From the NCBI GenBank assembly GCA_041946735.1, contig JBHGAY010000020.1, positions 1-64,000 of the forward strand: 64,000 nucleotides of DNA, written 5' to 3'. Position numbers and translations under genes: made by a program. Below the pieces are notes generated by a model. That model was given only the letters and a program-made list of their open reading frames with translations, had not been told where the DNA came from and made no database searches. The DNA comes from Candidatus Eiseniibacteriota bacterium. Its GTDB lineage: Bacteria > Eisenbacteria > RBG-16-71-46 > CAIMUX01 > VGJL01. Shown here one piece after another: positions 38,779-48,374 of the stretch. Numbering within the stretch: the stretch's first letter is position 1; each line of letters opens with the position of its first letter.

Positions 38779-40263
38779 CTAGAGCAGGAACCGGGCGCCG
38801 AGCGAGAAGCCGGTCCCGGACTCGTCGATGCTCGGGGACCCCTCGTAGTCGGGATCCCACGTCTGGAAACGGATCGCGGCGTCGAGCTGGATGAGGCCTC
38901 CGCGGGGGAAGTAGCCGGCGCCGAGCGTCACGCCGTCCCCCTTTCGAAGGGTGCGGGGAGCGTCGATGTCGTCGTCGTGCACGCTGCGCACGTACCCGGC
39001 GCGAAGGGCGAAGTCGTTGCGCAGGAGCCACTCGGCACCGGCGCGGAGGTCGAGGGACCGGGATGTCGTCTCGACGTTCCCCTCGACCTGCTTCTGATCC
39101 GACTTCTGCCGGAGCATCCAGCCCTCGACGCCGAGTCGGAGCCTCTGGTCGCCCGATGCCCAGCCGGCGCCGCCCCCGACCCGATCGGAATCGACCGTCA
39201 GGTCGAGCGCGCGGCGGCTCCCCTTGAAGTTCGCCCCTTCCACGACGTTTTCCGTCCTGTGCGAGCGGTCGTAGGCGACGGCGAGGCGGATCGACCGGGC
39301 CGCCGCAATCTGCCAGCGGGTGCCGATCGTTCTGTCCCGGATCTCCTCGTCGAACGTCCCGGCACGCATTCGGAAGTTCACGCGTCCGGGATTGCTCGGC
39401 ATCCGGTCCGACCAGCTGATGTCCGCCTCTTCGCGCCCGTCGAGGGAGAGGTTGGTGAAACGCACTCCTCCCTGGATCTTCTCGCTCGGTTCGAGCAGCG
39501 CGATCGCCGAGTAGATGGAGATCGGACGCTTCCACGTCATCTCGTCCTCATGGAAGCGGGATTCGTCGCGGCTCACGCCCTTGATCGTGTTCACCTGCCA
39601 CTCGGCCTGCCCGCCGAGCCGGAGCAACCCCGTGCCATAGGTTGCCGACAGGTCGTAGATCTGGCCGCTGCCGTCGTGGCGGATGGCGAAGACGTCTTCG
39701 GTCCGAAGATCCTCGTTGTCGTTCCGGAAGTGGATCGCACCCCCGAGCACCAGCGACCCGACCCGCTGCGCCCCGAATCCGCCCCAGTAGGGACCGTTCA
39801 AATTGTGGCGATCGCCGCGCTCCACGGTGCTGCGGATCCGGTCGAGGGAGAAGTCCAGGCCGAGGACTCGCTTGTTCTGGCTGCGCCAGGCCATCTGCCC
39901 GCCCGACTGCACCCGGCTCGCCCGGTCTCGCGTGCGCAGGCCGGACTCGTCGACGTCGTCGAGGACCTTGTCGCGGCCCCGGCTGAAGAACTCCCACGTG
40001 CGGCCGTCGGAATCGTCGAGGATCCCGCTCACGAGCCCGCCGTAGTCGCTGAAGTTCAGCTCGTATCCCTCGTCGGGGATCGTGATGCGCAAGCCGCCCA
40101 TCCCGTCGAGTCGCGCGGAGACTCCCCGTTCCAGGGTCAGCCCCTCGGTCCCCGCCATCCAGTCGATCGTCTGCCCGGCCGCGGCGCCGGCGGCAAGGGT
40201 GAGCGCGACAGTGAGCGCCGCGGACTTCATCGACGCCAACCTGAGGATCGATGCCCGCCTCAT
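38779..40263 (-). CDS. Hypothetical outer-membrane beta-barrel (FadL/PorV-like N-terminal hatch motif)
   Basis: Signal peptide ending AAAG; SARLDGMGG resembles the ARxxxMG motif; alternating beta strands (LDLRAGAEW...FALRAGY, VTLGAGY, FSLGARFLL). Confidence 0.7.
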   Translation of the reverse strand: MRRASILRLASMKSAALTVALTLAAGAAAGQTIDWMAGTEGLTLERGVSARLDGMGGLRITIPDEGYELNFSDYGGLVSGILDDSDGRTWEFFSRGRDKVLDDVDESGLRTRDRASRVQSGGQMAWRSQNKRVLGLDFSLDRIRSTVERGDRHNLNGPYWGGFGAQRVGSLVLGGAIHFRNDNEDLRTEDVFAIRHDGSGQIYDLSATYGTGLLRLGGQAEWQVNTIKGVSRDESRFHEDEMTWKRPISIYSAIALLEPSEKIQGGVRFTNLSLDGREEADISWSDRMPSNPGRVNFRMRAGTFDEEIRDRTIGTRWQIAAARSIRLAVAYDRSHRTENVVEGANFKGSRRALDLTVDSDRVGGGAGWASGDQRLRLGVEGWMLRQKSDQKQVEGNVETTSRSLDLRAGAEWLLRNDFALRAGYVRSVHDDDIDAPRTLRKGDGVTLGAGYFPRGGLIQLDAAIRFQTWDPDYEGSPSIDESGTGFSLGARFLL

Positions 40264-40269
40264 GACGCC

Positions 40270-41574
40270 CTACCTCCCCGCCTTCGGATCGAAGACCAGC
40301 ATCTGCGGCTCCGATCCGAGGTGCTCGATGCTCGAGTTGTTCATGACCGCCACGGTGAAGACGTAGCGCTTGCCGCTCGCCGTATCGAAGATCACGTCAT
40401 GGACGCCGTCTCCGGTGTCGAGGCGACGGCCGATCTCGAGCGTCCACACCCCCGTGTCGAAGATCGCCTTGCCGTGGACGTCGGCGCGGCTCCCCTCCGG
40501 GTAGGTCAGATACCAGCCGGACACGAGATCTCCATTGCGCCAAGGACGGGGCTCGTTGCCGACCGGAAGCGGGGCCAGGTTCAACGTGTCGCATTCCCCG
40601 AAGGGTGCGACCGTGACCGAGGTCTCCTCCCTCCAGATGTAGGCCATGCTGACGCCGTTGTTCTTCCGGCACTTCTCGTCGAAGCGGTTGAAACAGTGGG
40701 TCGGATCGGCCGGCTTCGCGAAGGGATCGTCGGGCGACCGGTCCCTGTAGACGTAGAGCGGCTTGCCCGAACCATCCTCGAAGTTCGCCCTGTAGGAAGG
40801 AAATCCCGGATCGGCGGCGAGGCCGGCGTTCGCATCCGCGAGCAGATCGTCGAGGTAGCCCGGGATCCCATAGAGCGGCGTGGTCGGATTGTCGGTCGGG
40901 TCGTAGAGGTCGCGGACGGGATTCGTGCGGGCGGCAAGCCACTGCCAGATGTCCAGCCGCCCGTAGCCGAGGCGACCGAACTGCGGCGTCTCGGCGGAGT
41001 GGCAGGCGACCTTGCAGCCTTGCTCCTCATATGGCCCGAGGGGCCCGCCCGCCGCATCGGCCTCGAACGCGATCGAGATCTGATCCTCGTCGTACGCGCC
41101 ACCCGGGTTGCGAATCCAGTTGCGCTCGTCGGCGAGCACCGGCTTGCATCCGCCCGGGGGGCTCGGGATGTCCGGCCCCGTGTACATCATGGCGTCCTTC
41201 AGCTCGTCGGCTTCGTCGTCGACCCAGCGAACGAGCAGGAAGACGTCGCTGTCGGTGTAGATCGCCTTGAGGGAGACGTACTTCGGAGGGCCGGCCGCAC
41301 CGACGCCGTTGTCGCTCGAGAGGCGGACGTTCAGATACGGGACCGCCTGCCCGCCCCACTCCTTCTCGATCGCCTGGCCGTCGATGACGACCGGGTTCGC
41401 TCGGAAGTCGTCGTTGCTGCGATACACCGCATGGAGCACCGTTTCCGAGTCGCCTTGGGGATCGAGCAGGTCATCCGTCTTCTGGCACCCGACGGCGCCA
41501 AGACCCGCGACGATCAAGACAATGAAGAAAACGGAGAGACGGAATCGGACATAGATCGCTCTGCTCATCCCCAT
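40270..41574 (-). CDS. Lipoprotein with an ethylbenzene-dehydrogenase-related (EB_dh/DOMON-like heme-binding) domain and a CxxxCH motif
   Basis: Lipobox AVGC; PVVIDG...EWG, VSLKAIYTDSDVFLLVRWVD, YDEDQISIAF, GCKVACHS, LDIWQWLAARTNP, GSRADV...GVWTLEIGRRLDTGD...DVIF, C-terminal His (IEHLGS). Confidence 0.75.
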   Translation of the reverse strand: MGMSRAIYVRFRLSVFFIVLIVAGLGAVGCQKTDDLLDPQGDSETVLHAVYRSNDDFRANPVVIDGQAIEKEWGGQAVPYLNVRLSSDNGVGAAGPPKYVSLKAIYTDSDVFLLVRWVDDEADELKDAMMYTGPDIPSPPGGCKPVLADERNWIRNPGGAYDEDQISIAFEADAAGGPLGPYEEQGCKVACHSAETPQFGRLGYGRLDIWQWLAARTNPVRDLYDPTDNPTTPLYGIPGYLDDLLADANAGLAADPGFPSYRANFEDGSGKPLYVYRDRSPDDPFAKPADPTHCFNRFDEKCRKNNGVSMAYIWREETSVTVAPFGECDTLNLAPLPVGNEPRPWRNGDLVSGWYLTYPEGSRADVHGKAIFDTGVWTLEIGRRLDTGDGVHDVIFDTASGKRYVFTVAVMNNSSIEHLGSEPQMLVFDPKAGR

Positions 41575-41652
41575 CCAGTCCCGCTTCGCGGGCCTCCTCC
41601 AACCCCGAGCAGCCGCAGAAGAGGCGCCCCCAACTCAGGGGCACACAAACGG

Positions 41653-41681
41653 ATGCTATCCACCACCCCGACGGGTGTCAA
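41653..41681 (-). promoter_or_regulatory. Putative sigma70 promoter for the heme-lipoprotein/barrel operon
   Basis: TTGACA-N17-TAGCAT. Confidence 0.7.
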
Positions 41682-41768
41682 TCGGCGAATCCCCCGGAGG
41701 CGTCCGGTCCCGCTGCCTGCAACCACCGATCGATCCACGGTTTCGACCGGCTGCCGGACGGCCGGTCG

Positions 41769-43139
41769 TCAATGTCCCGCCGGCTCCCAGCGAACTTGAG
41801 GGAACCGCGCCAGCTCGGCGCGGAAGATCCCCTCGATCTCCCCCAGCTCTTCAGGTGTCCGCGACTCGAACCTCAGAACCAGGACCGCCTGCGTGTTCGA
41901 AGCCCGCAGCAGCCCCCATCCGCGGCCGATCCTCGCCCGGACGCCGTCGATCGTAAGGACCGGGTAGCGGGCGCCGAGGGCGCGGGCCACTTCCTCGACC
42001 ACCTGGAACTTCGACTCGTCCGGACAGGAGATTCGCACCTCGGGGCTGTTGACGTAGGCGGGCAGGTCAAGGCGCATCTGCGAGAGCTTGCGGTCGGAGC
42101 GGGAGAGGATCGAGGCGAAGAGGGCCGAGGCGTAGATCGCGTCGTCATGCCCGTAGAAGTTCTCGCTGAAGAAGATGTGCCCCGACATCTCCCCCGCCAG
42201 GAGCGCGCGCTCCTCCCGCATCTTCGCCTTGGTCAGGGAATGGCCGGTCTTCCACAGGATCGGCTCTCCGCCGTGCGCCCGGATGTCCTCCTCGAGCCCC
42301 TGGGAGCACTTCACGTCGAAGATCACCTTCGCCCCCGGATGGCGGGTGAGGAGATCGCGCGCGAAAAGGGCGAGCAGCTGGTCGCCGAAGAGGAGGTGCC
42401 CGGTCTCGTCGACCACCCCGATCCGATCGGCGTCGCCGTCGTAGCCGATTCCGAGATCCGCCTTCTCCTGCACGACCCGCTCGCAGAGCTCCTTCATGTA
42501 GGCGGGGACCGTCGGGTCCGGCTGGTGATTCGGGAAGCGCCCATCCGGCTCCCCGTAGAGGACCAGGGTCTCGTGGCCCAGGCGCCGGAAGATCTCCGGC
42601 GCCGCGAGGCCGGCGCAACCGTTGCCCGCATCGAGGACCACCTTGAGAGGACGGACCGGCCGGCAGCGATCGACGACCATCGCGCGATAGTCGGGGAGCA
42701 GATCGACGTCGCGCGCCTTCCCCTGCCCCGCGGCGAACCTTCCCTGCTCGATCCGCTCCAGCAATGCGCGGATCTCGTCGCCGTAGAGCGAGGCGGCACC
42801 GAGGTTCATCTTGAAGCCGTTCTGGTCCGGAGGATTGTGGGAACCGGTGATCATCACCCCGCCGTCGGAGCGCTCGCGGTGGATGCCGTAGTAGAGCACC
42901 GGCGTGGGGACGACTCCGACGCGCGTGACGTCGATGCCGGTCTCGAGGAGTCCGCGGCCGAACGCGGCGCAGAGCCGCGGTGAGCTCTCGCGAATGTCCC
43001 AGCCCATCAAGCAGGTCTTCGCCCCGGCTTCGCGAAGGCGGCTCCCGAACGCGCGGGCGACCTGCTCCGCCACCGAGTCGGTCAGATCCTGCTCGGCGAC
43101 CCCGCGGACGTCGTACTCGCGGAAGATGTAACGGTTCAA
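41769..43139 (-). CDS. Phosphomannomutase/phosphoglucomutase (AlgC-like)
   Basis: IFREYDVRG, MITGSHNP, YDGDADRIG, AGEMSGHIFF, RASNTQAVL; TTG start. Confidence 0.96.
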   Translation of the reverse strand: MNRYIFREYDVRGVAEQDLTDSVAEQVARAFGSRLREAGAKTCLMGWDIRESSPRLCAAFGRGLLETGIDVTRVGVVPTPVLYYGIHRERSDGGVMITGSHNPPDQNGFKMNLGAASLYGDEIRALLERIEQGRFAAGQGKARDVDLLPDYRAMVVDRCRPVRPLKVVLDAGNGCAGLAAPEIFRRLGHETLVLYGEPDGRFPNHQPDPTVPAYMKELCERVVQEKADLGIGYDGDADRIGVVDETGHLLFGDQLLALFARDLLTRHPGAKVIFDVKCSQGLEEDIRAHGGEPILWKTGHSLTKAKMREERALLAGEMSGHIFFSENFYGHDDAIYASALFASILSRSDRKLSQMRLDLPAYVNSPEVRISCPDESKFQVVEEVARALGARYPVLTIDGVRARIGRGWGLLRASNTQAVLVLRFESRTPEELGEIEGIFRAELARFPQVRWEPAGH

Positions 43140-43147
43140 GATCCCTC

Positions 43148-44282
43148 CTACCCTTTCGCCTCGCGCCGGTCGGCGCGGGTGGCGGGCCGGCTCCGGCTAC
43201 GGAGCCACGCATCGATGAATGGATTGAGATCCCCGTCCATGACCGCCTGCACGTCGGAGGTTTCCTGCTCCGTCCGGTGGTCCTTGACGAGCGTGTAGGG
43301 ATGGAACACGTAGGAGCGGATCTGGCTGCCGAAGGCGATCTCGCGCTTGCCTTCCTCGAGATGGTTGAGCTTCTTGCGCTCCTCCTCGCGGTAATGCATG
43401 AACAGGCGCGCGCGCAGGATCCGCATCGCGTGGTCGCGGTTGCGGTGCTGCGAGCGCTCCGCTTGCGACTGCACGACGATCCCGGTCGGCAGATGCGTGA
43501 TCCTCACGGCGGAATCGGTCTTGTTCACGTGCTGGCCGCCGGCGCCGCTCGCGCGGAACGTGTCGATGCGCAGATCCTCCTCTCGGATCTCCACGTCGGT
43601 CAGCTCGTCGACCTGGGGAAGGATGTGGATCGAGGCGAAGGAGGTGTGCCGGCGCTTGGAAGCGTCGAACGGCGAGATCCGGACCAGGCGGTGCACGCCG
43701 CTCTCCGACTGGAGGTATCCGTAGGCGTACTCCCCCTGGACCTCGATCGTGGCGTCCTTGATCCCCGCCTCTTCGCCTTCCTGATAGTCGAGGAGGGAGA
43801 CCTTGAAGCCGTTCTCCTCCGACCAGCGCATGTACATCCGAAGGAGCATCTCGGCCCAGTCCTGGCTCTCGGTGCCGCCCGCGCCCGGGTGGATCGCCAG
43901 CACGGCGTCGTGCGCGTCCAGCTCGTCGGCGAAGAAGGAGGTCAGCTCGAATCCGGCCAGCTCGCGCTCGAGCTTCCGGGCCGTCTGGATCGACTCCGCC
44001 TCGGCCTCGGGATCGCCCAGCTCGGCGGCCAGGTCGGCAAGGGTCTCCAGGTCCTCGTAGACCTTCTGGATCTCCTCCCAGCGATTCACCTGGGCGCGCG
44101 CGCCCTTCAGCCTCTGGATCCGCTCCCGCGCTTCGTTCGGCTTGTCCCAGAAACCGGCGGCCGCCATCTCCTCTTCGAGGTGTCCGATCTGCGCGCGCTT
44201 GCCGTCCAGATCAAAGGAAGCTCCGTAGGTGATCGAGCTTCAACCGACTCTCTTCGAGGATCTGACGGACATCGATCGCCAT
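43148..44282 (-). CDS. prfB: Peptide chain release factor 2 (programmed +1 ribosomal frameshift at codon 23/24)
   Basis: ATG 44282 gives MAIDVRQILEESRLKLDHLRSFL then CTT TGA T at 44216-44210; the +1 frame continues DLDGKRAQIGHLEEEMAAAGFWD...ISPFD...GAGGQHVNKTDSA. Confidence 0.97.
44210..44225 (-). promoter_or_regulatory. prfB frameshift cassette (internal SD-like CGGAGC + TTC + CTT TGA T)
   Basis: Direct reading of the minus strand. Confidence 0.9.
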
Positions 44283-44333
44283 GATGGCAAACTCTCCCTT
44301 CGCCAGTCGGGATTCCCCGGGCGGCGTGCCGGC

Positions 44334-44939
44334 TCAGACGTCCGGCCGGTTCAACCTCTCCCAGAGCCGCTCGGCGCGGCGCTCCAGTTCGGCGCGGTCT
44401 CCCTGGTTTTCGATCACCTCGTCGGCCGCGCGGAGGAACTCCTCCTCGGGCCTCTGGCTCGCGAGGCGCCGGCGCGCGGCCGGCTCGGACAGTCCCTTGC
44501 GCTTCAGGCGCTGGACCGACGTTTCTTCGTCACAACGGACGACGACGATCCGATCGAGCGGGATGCGTGCCGTCCAGTCGAGGAGCAGGGCGGCATCGAT
44601 CAGGACCATAGCAACGTCCCCGCGGGCCCGCAAGGCAGCCACCCTCTCTTCGAGGCGCGCGACGATCCAGGGATGAACGATCGCATCGAGCGCGTCGAGC
44701 GCGTCCCGGTCGCCGAAGACGAGGTCGCCGAGGCGCGCGCGGTCGATCTCGCCGCCGGGCCCCAGGATCCCGGATCCGAAGCGGGCGACGATTCGCGCGC
44801 GGACGCCGGGATCGAGGCGGAGCGCATCATGGCCGAGCCGGTCCGCGTCGAGGACGGCGCAGCCGGGATGGCGCGCGAGGATTGCGCACAGCTCGCTCTT
44901 GCCGCAGCCGGTCCGCCCGGTAACGCCGATCACCTTCAT
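44334..44939 (-). CDS. coaE: Dephospho-CoA kinase
   Basis: MKVIGVTGRTGCGKS, LDADRLGH, IDRARLGDLVF, IVHPWI. An in-frame TTG at 45002 overlapping the polA stop would add a Pro-rich leader. Confidence 0.93.
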   Translation of the reverse strand: MKVIGVTGRTGCGKSELCAILARHPGCAVLDADRLGHDALRLDPGVRARIVARFGSGILGPGGEIDRARLGDLVFGDRDALDALDAIVHPWIVARLEERVAALRARGDVAMVLIDAALLLDWTARIPLDRIVVVRCDEETSVQRLKRKGLSEPAARRRLASQRPEEEFLRAADEVIENQGDRAELERRAERLWERLNRPDV

Positions 44940-44998
44940 CGGCTTGGGCTGGGGCTGCGATGGCGACGGCGAGGGCGGGGGCGGGGGCGACGCGCCGG

Positions 44999-47731
44999 TC
45001 AACCGTGCGCCTCGTCCCAGCTCGCGCCGGCGCCGAGATCGACGTGCAGCGGAACGGCCATGGGATGCGCGGACTCCATCGCCTCGCGCACGAGCGCTCC
45101 GGCCTCCGGTCGCTCCTCCTTCGGCCCTTCGAGCAGCAGCTCGTCGTGCACCTGCAGGATGAGCCGCGTCTTCATCCTTCGCGCCCGCAGCGCCTCTCGC
45201 GCGCGCAGCATCGCCACTTTGATCAGATCGGCGGCCGAGCCTTGGATCGGCGCGTTCGCCGCGATCCTCTCCGCCTGAGCGCGCGCCCGCGCGTCGGTCG
45301 ATCGCAGCGAGGGAAGATAGCGCCGGCGGCCGAGGATCGTCGTGACGTAGCCTTCCCGCCTCGCCCGTTCGAGGCTCTCCTGCAGGTAGCCGCGCACGCC
45401 GGGCATCTTCGCGAAGTACTGCTCGATGAAGGTGCGCGCCTCGGCGAGCGGGATCCCCATCTCGCGCGAGAGCCTCTGTGGGCCCATCCCGTAGAGGACG
45501 CCGAAGTTCACGATCTTCGCGCGCGCTCGCAGGATCGGATCGACCGACTCGGGGGGCACGTCGAAGATCCGGGCGGCCGTCGCCCGGTGAATGTCCTGAC
45601 CCTCCCGGAACGCGGCGATCAGCGCCGGATCGCCGGAGAGATGGGCGAGGACGCGCAGCTCGATCTGCGAGTAGTCGGCCGAGAGCAGCACGTCGCCGGC
45701 GGTTTGCGGGACGAACGCCCGCCGGATCTTCCTCCCCTGCGCCGAGCGGATCGGGATGTTCTGCAGGTTCGGGTCGCTGGAGGAGAGGCGGCCGGTGGCG
45801 GCGACGGTCTGATGGAAGCGGGCGTGGATCCGTCCCGTCACCGGGTCGATCAGCTTCGGGAGCGTTTCTACATAAGTGGAGCGCAGCTTCATGGTCTGCC
45901 GGTACTCGAGAACCGCGCGCGCGATCGGCTGCTCCGCGGCCAGATCCTCGAGCACCTGCTGGTCGGTCGAGTAGCCGGTCTTCGTCCGGCGACCACGCGC
46001 GAGCTTCAGCCGCTGGAACAGGATCTCGCCGAGCTGCTGCGGCGAGTTGATGTTGAACTCGGTGCCGGCCAGGCGGAACACCTCCGCCTCCTGCCTCGCC
46101 AGATCCTCCGCGAGCTCCTTCGAGAGGACGGCCAGCTGCGCGGCATCGACATGCACCCCCGCCTCCTCCATCTCGTAGAGCACGCGGAGCAGGGGCTCCT
46201 CCACCTTCTCGAGCAGCTCGGCCTGCCCGCGATCCTCGAGGGAGCGGAGCAGATCGGAGCGGAGGCGCAGCGCGAGGTCCGCCTCCTCGGCGGCGAAGTC
46301 GCGCGCGCGATCGACCGGCAGGCGGTCGAAGAGGACCGCCAGACGCCCGGACCCGAGCAGCTCCTTCAGCTGCATCCGGCGATGGCCGAGCCGCTCCAGG
46401 GAGAGGGTCGACAGGTCCGGGGTCCGGTCGGGATCGAGCAGGTAGGCGGCGAGGTCGACGTCGAACAGCTTCCCCTTCACCTCGATCCCGGCGGCGGCGA
46501 GCGCGTGCAGGTCGCTCTTCAGCGCCTCCCCCACCTTCTCCACCGCCGGATCGGCGAGCAGCGGGCCGAGCAGGCGCCGCACCTCCTCGAGAGGGACGTT
46601 CGTGTCGCACGCCTGCGAGACCGGGACGTAGTACGCCTCCCCCTCGCGCCACCCGAAGCCGATCCCCGCGAGCGGATCGCGCCGCGGGTCCTCTCCGGCC
46701 ACGGCAGCCTCGATCGCGAGGCACCGGGCGTCGAGACCGATTCCCGCGACCAGCTCGGCGAGCTTCTCCGCGCTTCCGACCGTCTCGTAACGGGCGGTCC
46801 AGGCGCGCGCCGGCTTCAGCCCGAGCGTCTCGATCATCTTGCGGAACTCGAGGCGCTGGAGCAGCTCCAGCAGCCCCTCGCACGAGGCGAGGTCGGGGAG
46901 CTCGTAGAGGGACAGATCGGCCTCGACCGGGAGAGAGACGTCGAGCCGGATCAGGTCGCGGCTCAGGAACGCGCTCTCCCGGTGAGCGCGCAGCTTCTCG
47001 CGCAGCGCCGGGCGCGGCACTTCCTCCAGACGGGCGTAGAGCGTGTCGAGGTCGCCGAACTGCCGGATCAGCTCGATCGCCGTCTTCTCGCCGACTCCCG
47101 GGACGCCGGGAACGTTGTCGACCGAATCGCCGACGAGCGCGAGGACGTCGAGCACGCGGGGCGGATCGACCCCCCAGCGTTCCCGCACCTCCGCGGGACC
47201 GAGCAGCACGAAGTCGCCGGCGCCTCGCGGCGGCACCCACTGCAGCAGGCCCGGGCGAAGCAGCTGGTGAAAATCCTTGTCGGCCGAGACGATCCGAACC
47301 TCGTGGCCGCCGGCGTGGACGGCAAGCGCCAGGCTCGCGATCAGATCGTCCGCCTCGATCCCTCCGCGCTCGACGATCGGGATGCGGAGCGTGTCGATCA
47401 GCTCCCGCACGATCGGCAGCTGCTCGGCCAGATCGTCAGGGAGCGACGGACGGTTCGCCTTGTACGCCTCGTAGCGGTGATGCCGCACCGTCTTGCCCCT
47501 GCCATCCATCGCAATCGCCGCGAAACGCGCCTTCTCCGGACCGATCAACGTGAAGAGGGTCTGCGCGAAGCCGAAGACCGCGCTCACGTTCTTCCCCTTG
47601 GAGGTGAGGAGCGGGTTGCGAACGAACGCGAAGTGGGACCGATAGACGAGGGCGGAGCCGTCGATCAGGAACAGGGCCGGCTTCGGATCCGCTTTGGGCG
47701 AACGCTCCCGGGATCCCGCGGATTCAGGCAT
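44999..47731 (-). CDS. polA: DNA polymerase I
   Basis: 5' nuclease LIDGSALVYRSHF, EADDLIASL, GDSVDNVPGVPGVGEKTA; polymerase TGRLSSSDPNLQNIP, SADYSQIELRVLAH, AKIVNFGVLYGM, LQVHDELL. Confidence 0.98.
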   Translation of the reverse strand: MPESAGSRERSPKADPKPALFLIDGSALVYRSHFAFVRNPLLTSKGKNVSAVFGFAQTLFTLIGPEKARFAAIAMDGRGKTVRHHRYEAYKANRPSLPDDLAEQLPIVRELIDTLRIPIVERGGIEADDLIASLALAVHAGGHEVRIVSADKDFHQLLRPGLLQWVPPRGAGDFVLLGPAEVRERWGVDPPRVLDVLALVGDSVDNVPGVPGVGEKTAIELIRQFGDLDTLYARLEEVPRPALREKLRAHRESAFLSRDLIRLDVSLPVEADLSLYELPDLASCEGLLELLQRLEFRKMIETLGLKPARAWTARYETVGSAEKLAELVAGIGLDARCLAIEAAVAGEDPRRDPLAGIGFGWREGEAYYVPVSQACDTNVPLEEVRRLLGPLLADPAVEKVGEALKSDLHALAAAGIEVKGKLFDVDLAAYLLDPDRTPDLSTLSLERLGHRRMQLKELLGSGRLAVLFDRLPVDRARDFAAEEADLALRLRSDLLRSLEDRGQAELLEKVEEPLLRVLYEMEEAGVHVDAAQLAVLSKELAEDLARQEAEVFRLAGTEFNINSPQQLGEILFQRLKLARGRRTKTGYSTDQQVLEDLAAEQPIARAVLEYRQTMKLRSTYVETLPKLIDPVTGRIHARFHQTVAATGRLSSSDPNLQNIPIRSAQGRKIRRAFVPQTAGDVLLSADYSQIELRVLAHLSGDPALIAAFREGQDIHRATAARIFDVPPESVDPILRARAKIVNFGVLYGMGPQRLSREMGIPLAEARTFIEQYFAKMPGVRGYLQESLERARREGYVTTILGRRRYLPSLRSTDARARAQAERIAANAPIQGSAADLIKVAMLRAREALRARRMKTRLILQVHDELLLEGPKEERPEAGALVREAMESAHPMAVPLHVDLGAGASWDEAHG

Positions 47732-48374
47732 CGGACGATCCTTCGTCACCGCGGCCGGCCGCCGGCGAGTCTGTCTCTCCAGGGCCGTCCGTGTAGGGCG
47801 AGCCCGGCCCGAGGAACGGGAGAATCTCCGCCGGCACCATTTCCGCCACGGAGAGCCCGAGTCGCAGCCGCGAGCGGATCCAGGTCGAGGAGAGCCCGCA
47901 GAGCGGGCCGTCGATCCATCGGATGCGCGCGCCCGCGGGCATCGTATCGGCGCGAGCCGGCAGCGACCCCGGCCGGCCGTACACACCGATGCCGGCGAGC
48001 CGCGTGATCTCCCCCGGGCTCCTCCACGTTCCCAGCTCGCGCAGCGAGTCTTCGCCCAGCAGCAACCACAGATCGATTTCCGCGCCGGTCTCCTCGCGGA
48101 GCGCGCGAAGGGTGTCGACCGTGAAGGAGGGACGGCTCGCGTCCGCCTCACGGTCGGAAGCGACGAGCCCCGGCCGGGACGCGGCGACGCGCCGGAGCAT
48201 CTCGAGACGCATCGGATAGGGAGCGACGTTGCCGCTCGACTTGTGCGGCGGGACCGCGGCCGGGATCAGCAGGACCTGCTCGAGATCGAGCTGCTCGCGA
48301 GCGAGGAGGGCGATCCAGAGGTGGCCGAGGTGGGGGGGATCGAAGCTCCCGCCGAGGATCCCCCAGCGCCTCAC
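47724..48374 (-). CDS. nadD: Nicotinate-nucleotide adenylyltransferase
   Basis: GILGGSFDPPHLGHL, PPHK, SFTVDTL, LLGEDSL, LSSTWIR; GTG start overlaps the bamD stop. Confidence 0.94.
   Translation of the reverse strand: MRRWGILGGSFDPPHLGHLWIALLAREQLDLEQVLLIPAAVPPHKSSGNVAPYPMRLEMLRRVAASRPGLVASDREADASRPSFTVDTLRALREETGAEIDLWLLLGEDSLRELGTWRSPGEITRLAGIGVYGRPGSLPARADTMPAGARIRWIDGPLCGLSSTWIRSRLRLGLSVAEMVPAEILPFLGPGSPYTDGPGETDSPAAGRGDEGSSDA

Noticed and set aside
43148..44282. prfB as a pseudogene
   Set aside because: The internal stop lies at the canonical CTT-TGA programmed frameshift site.
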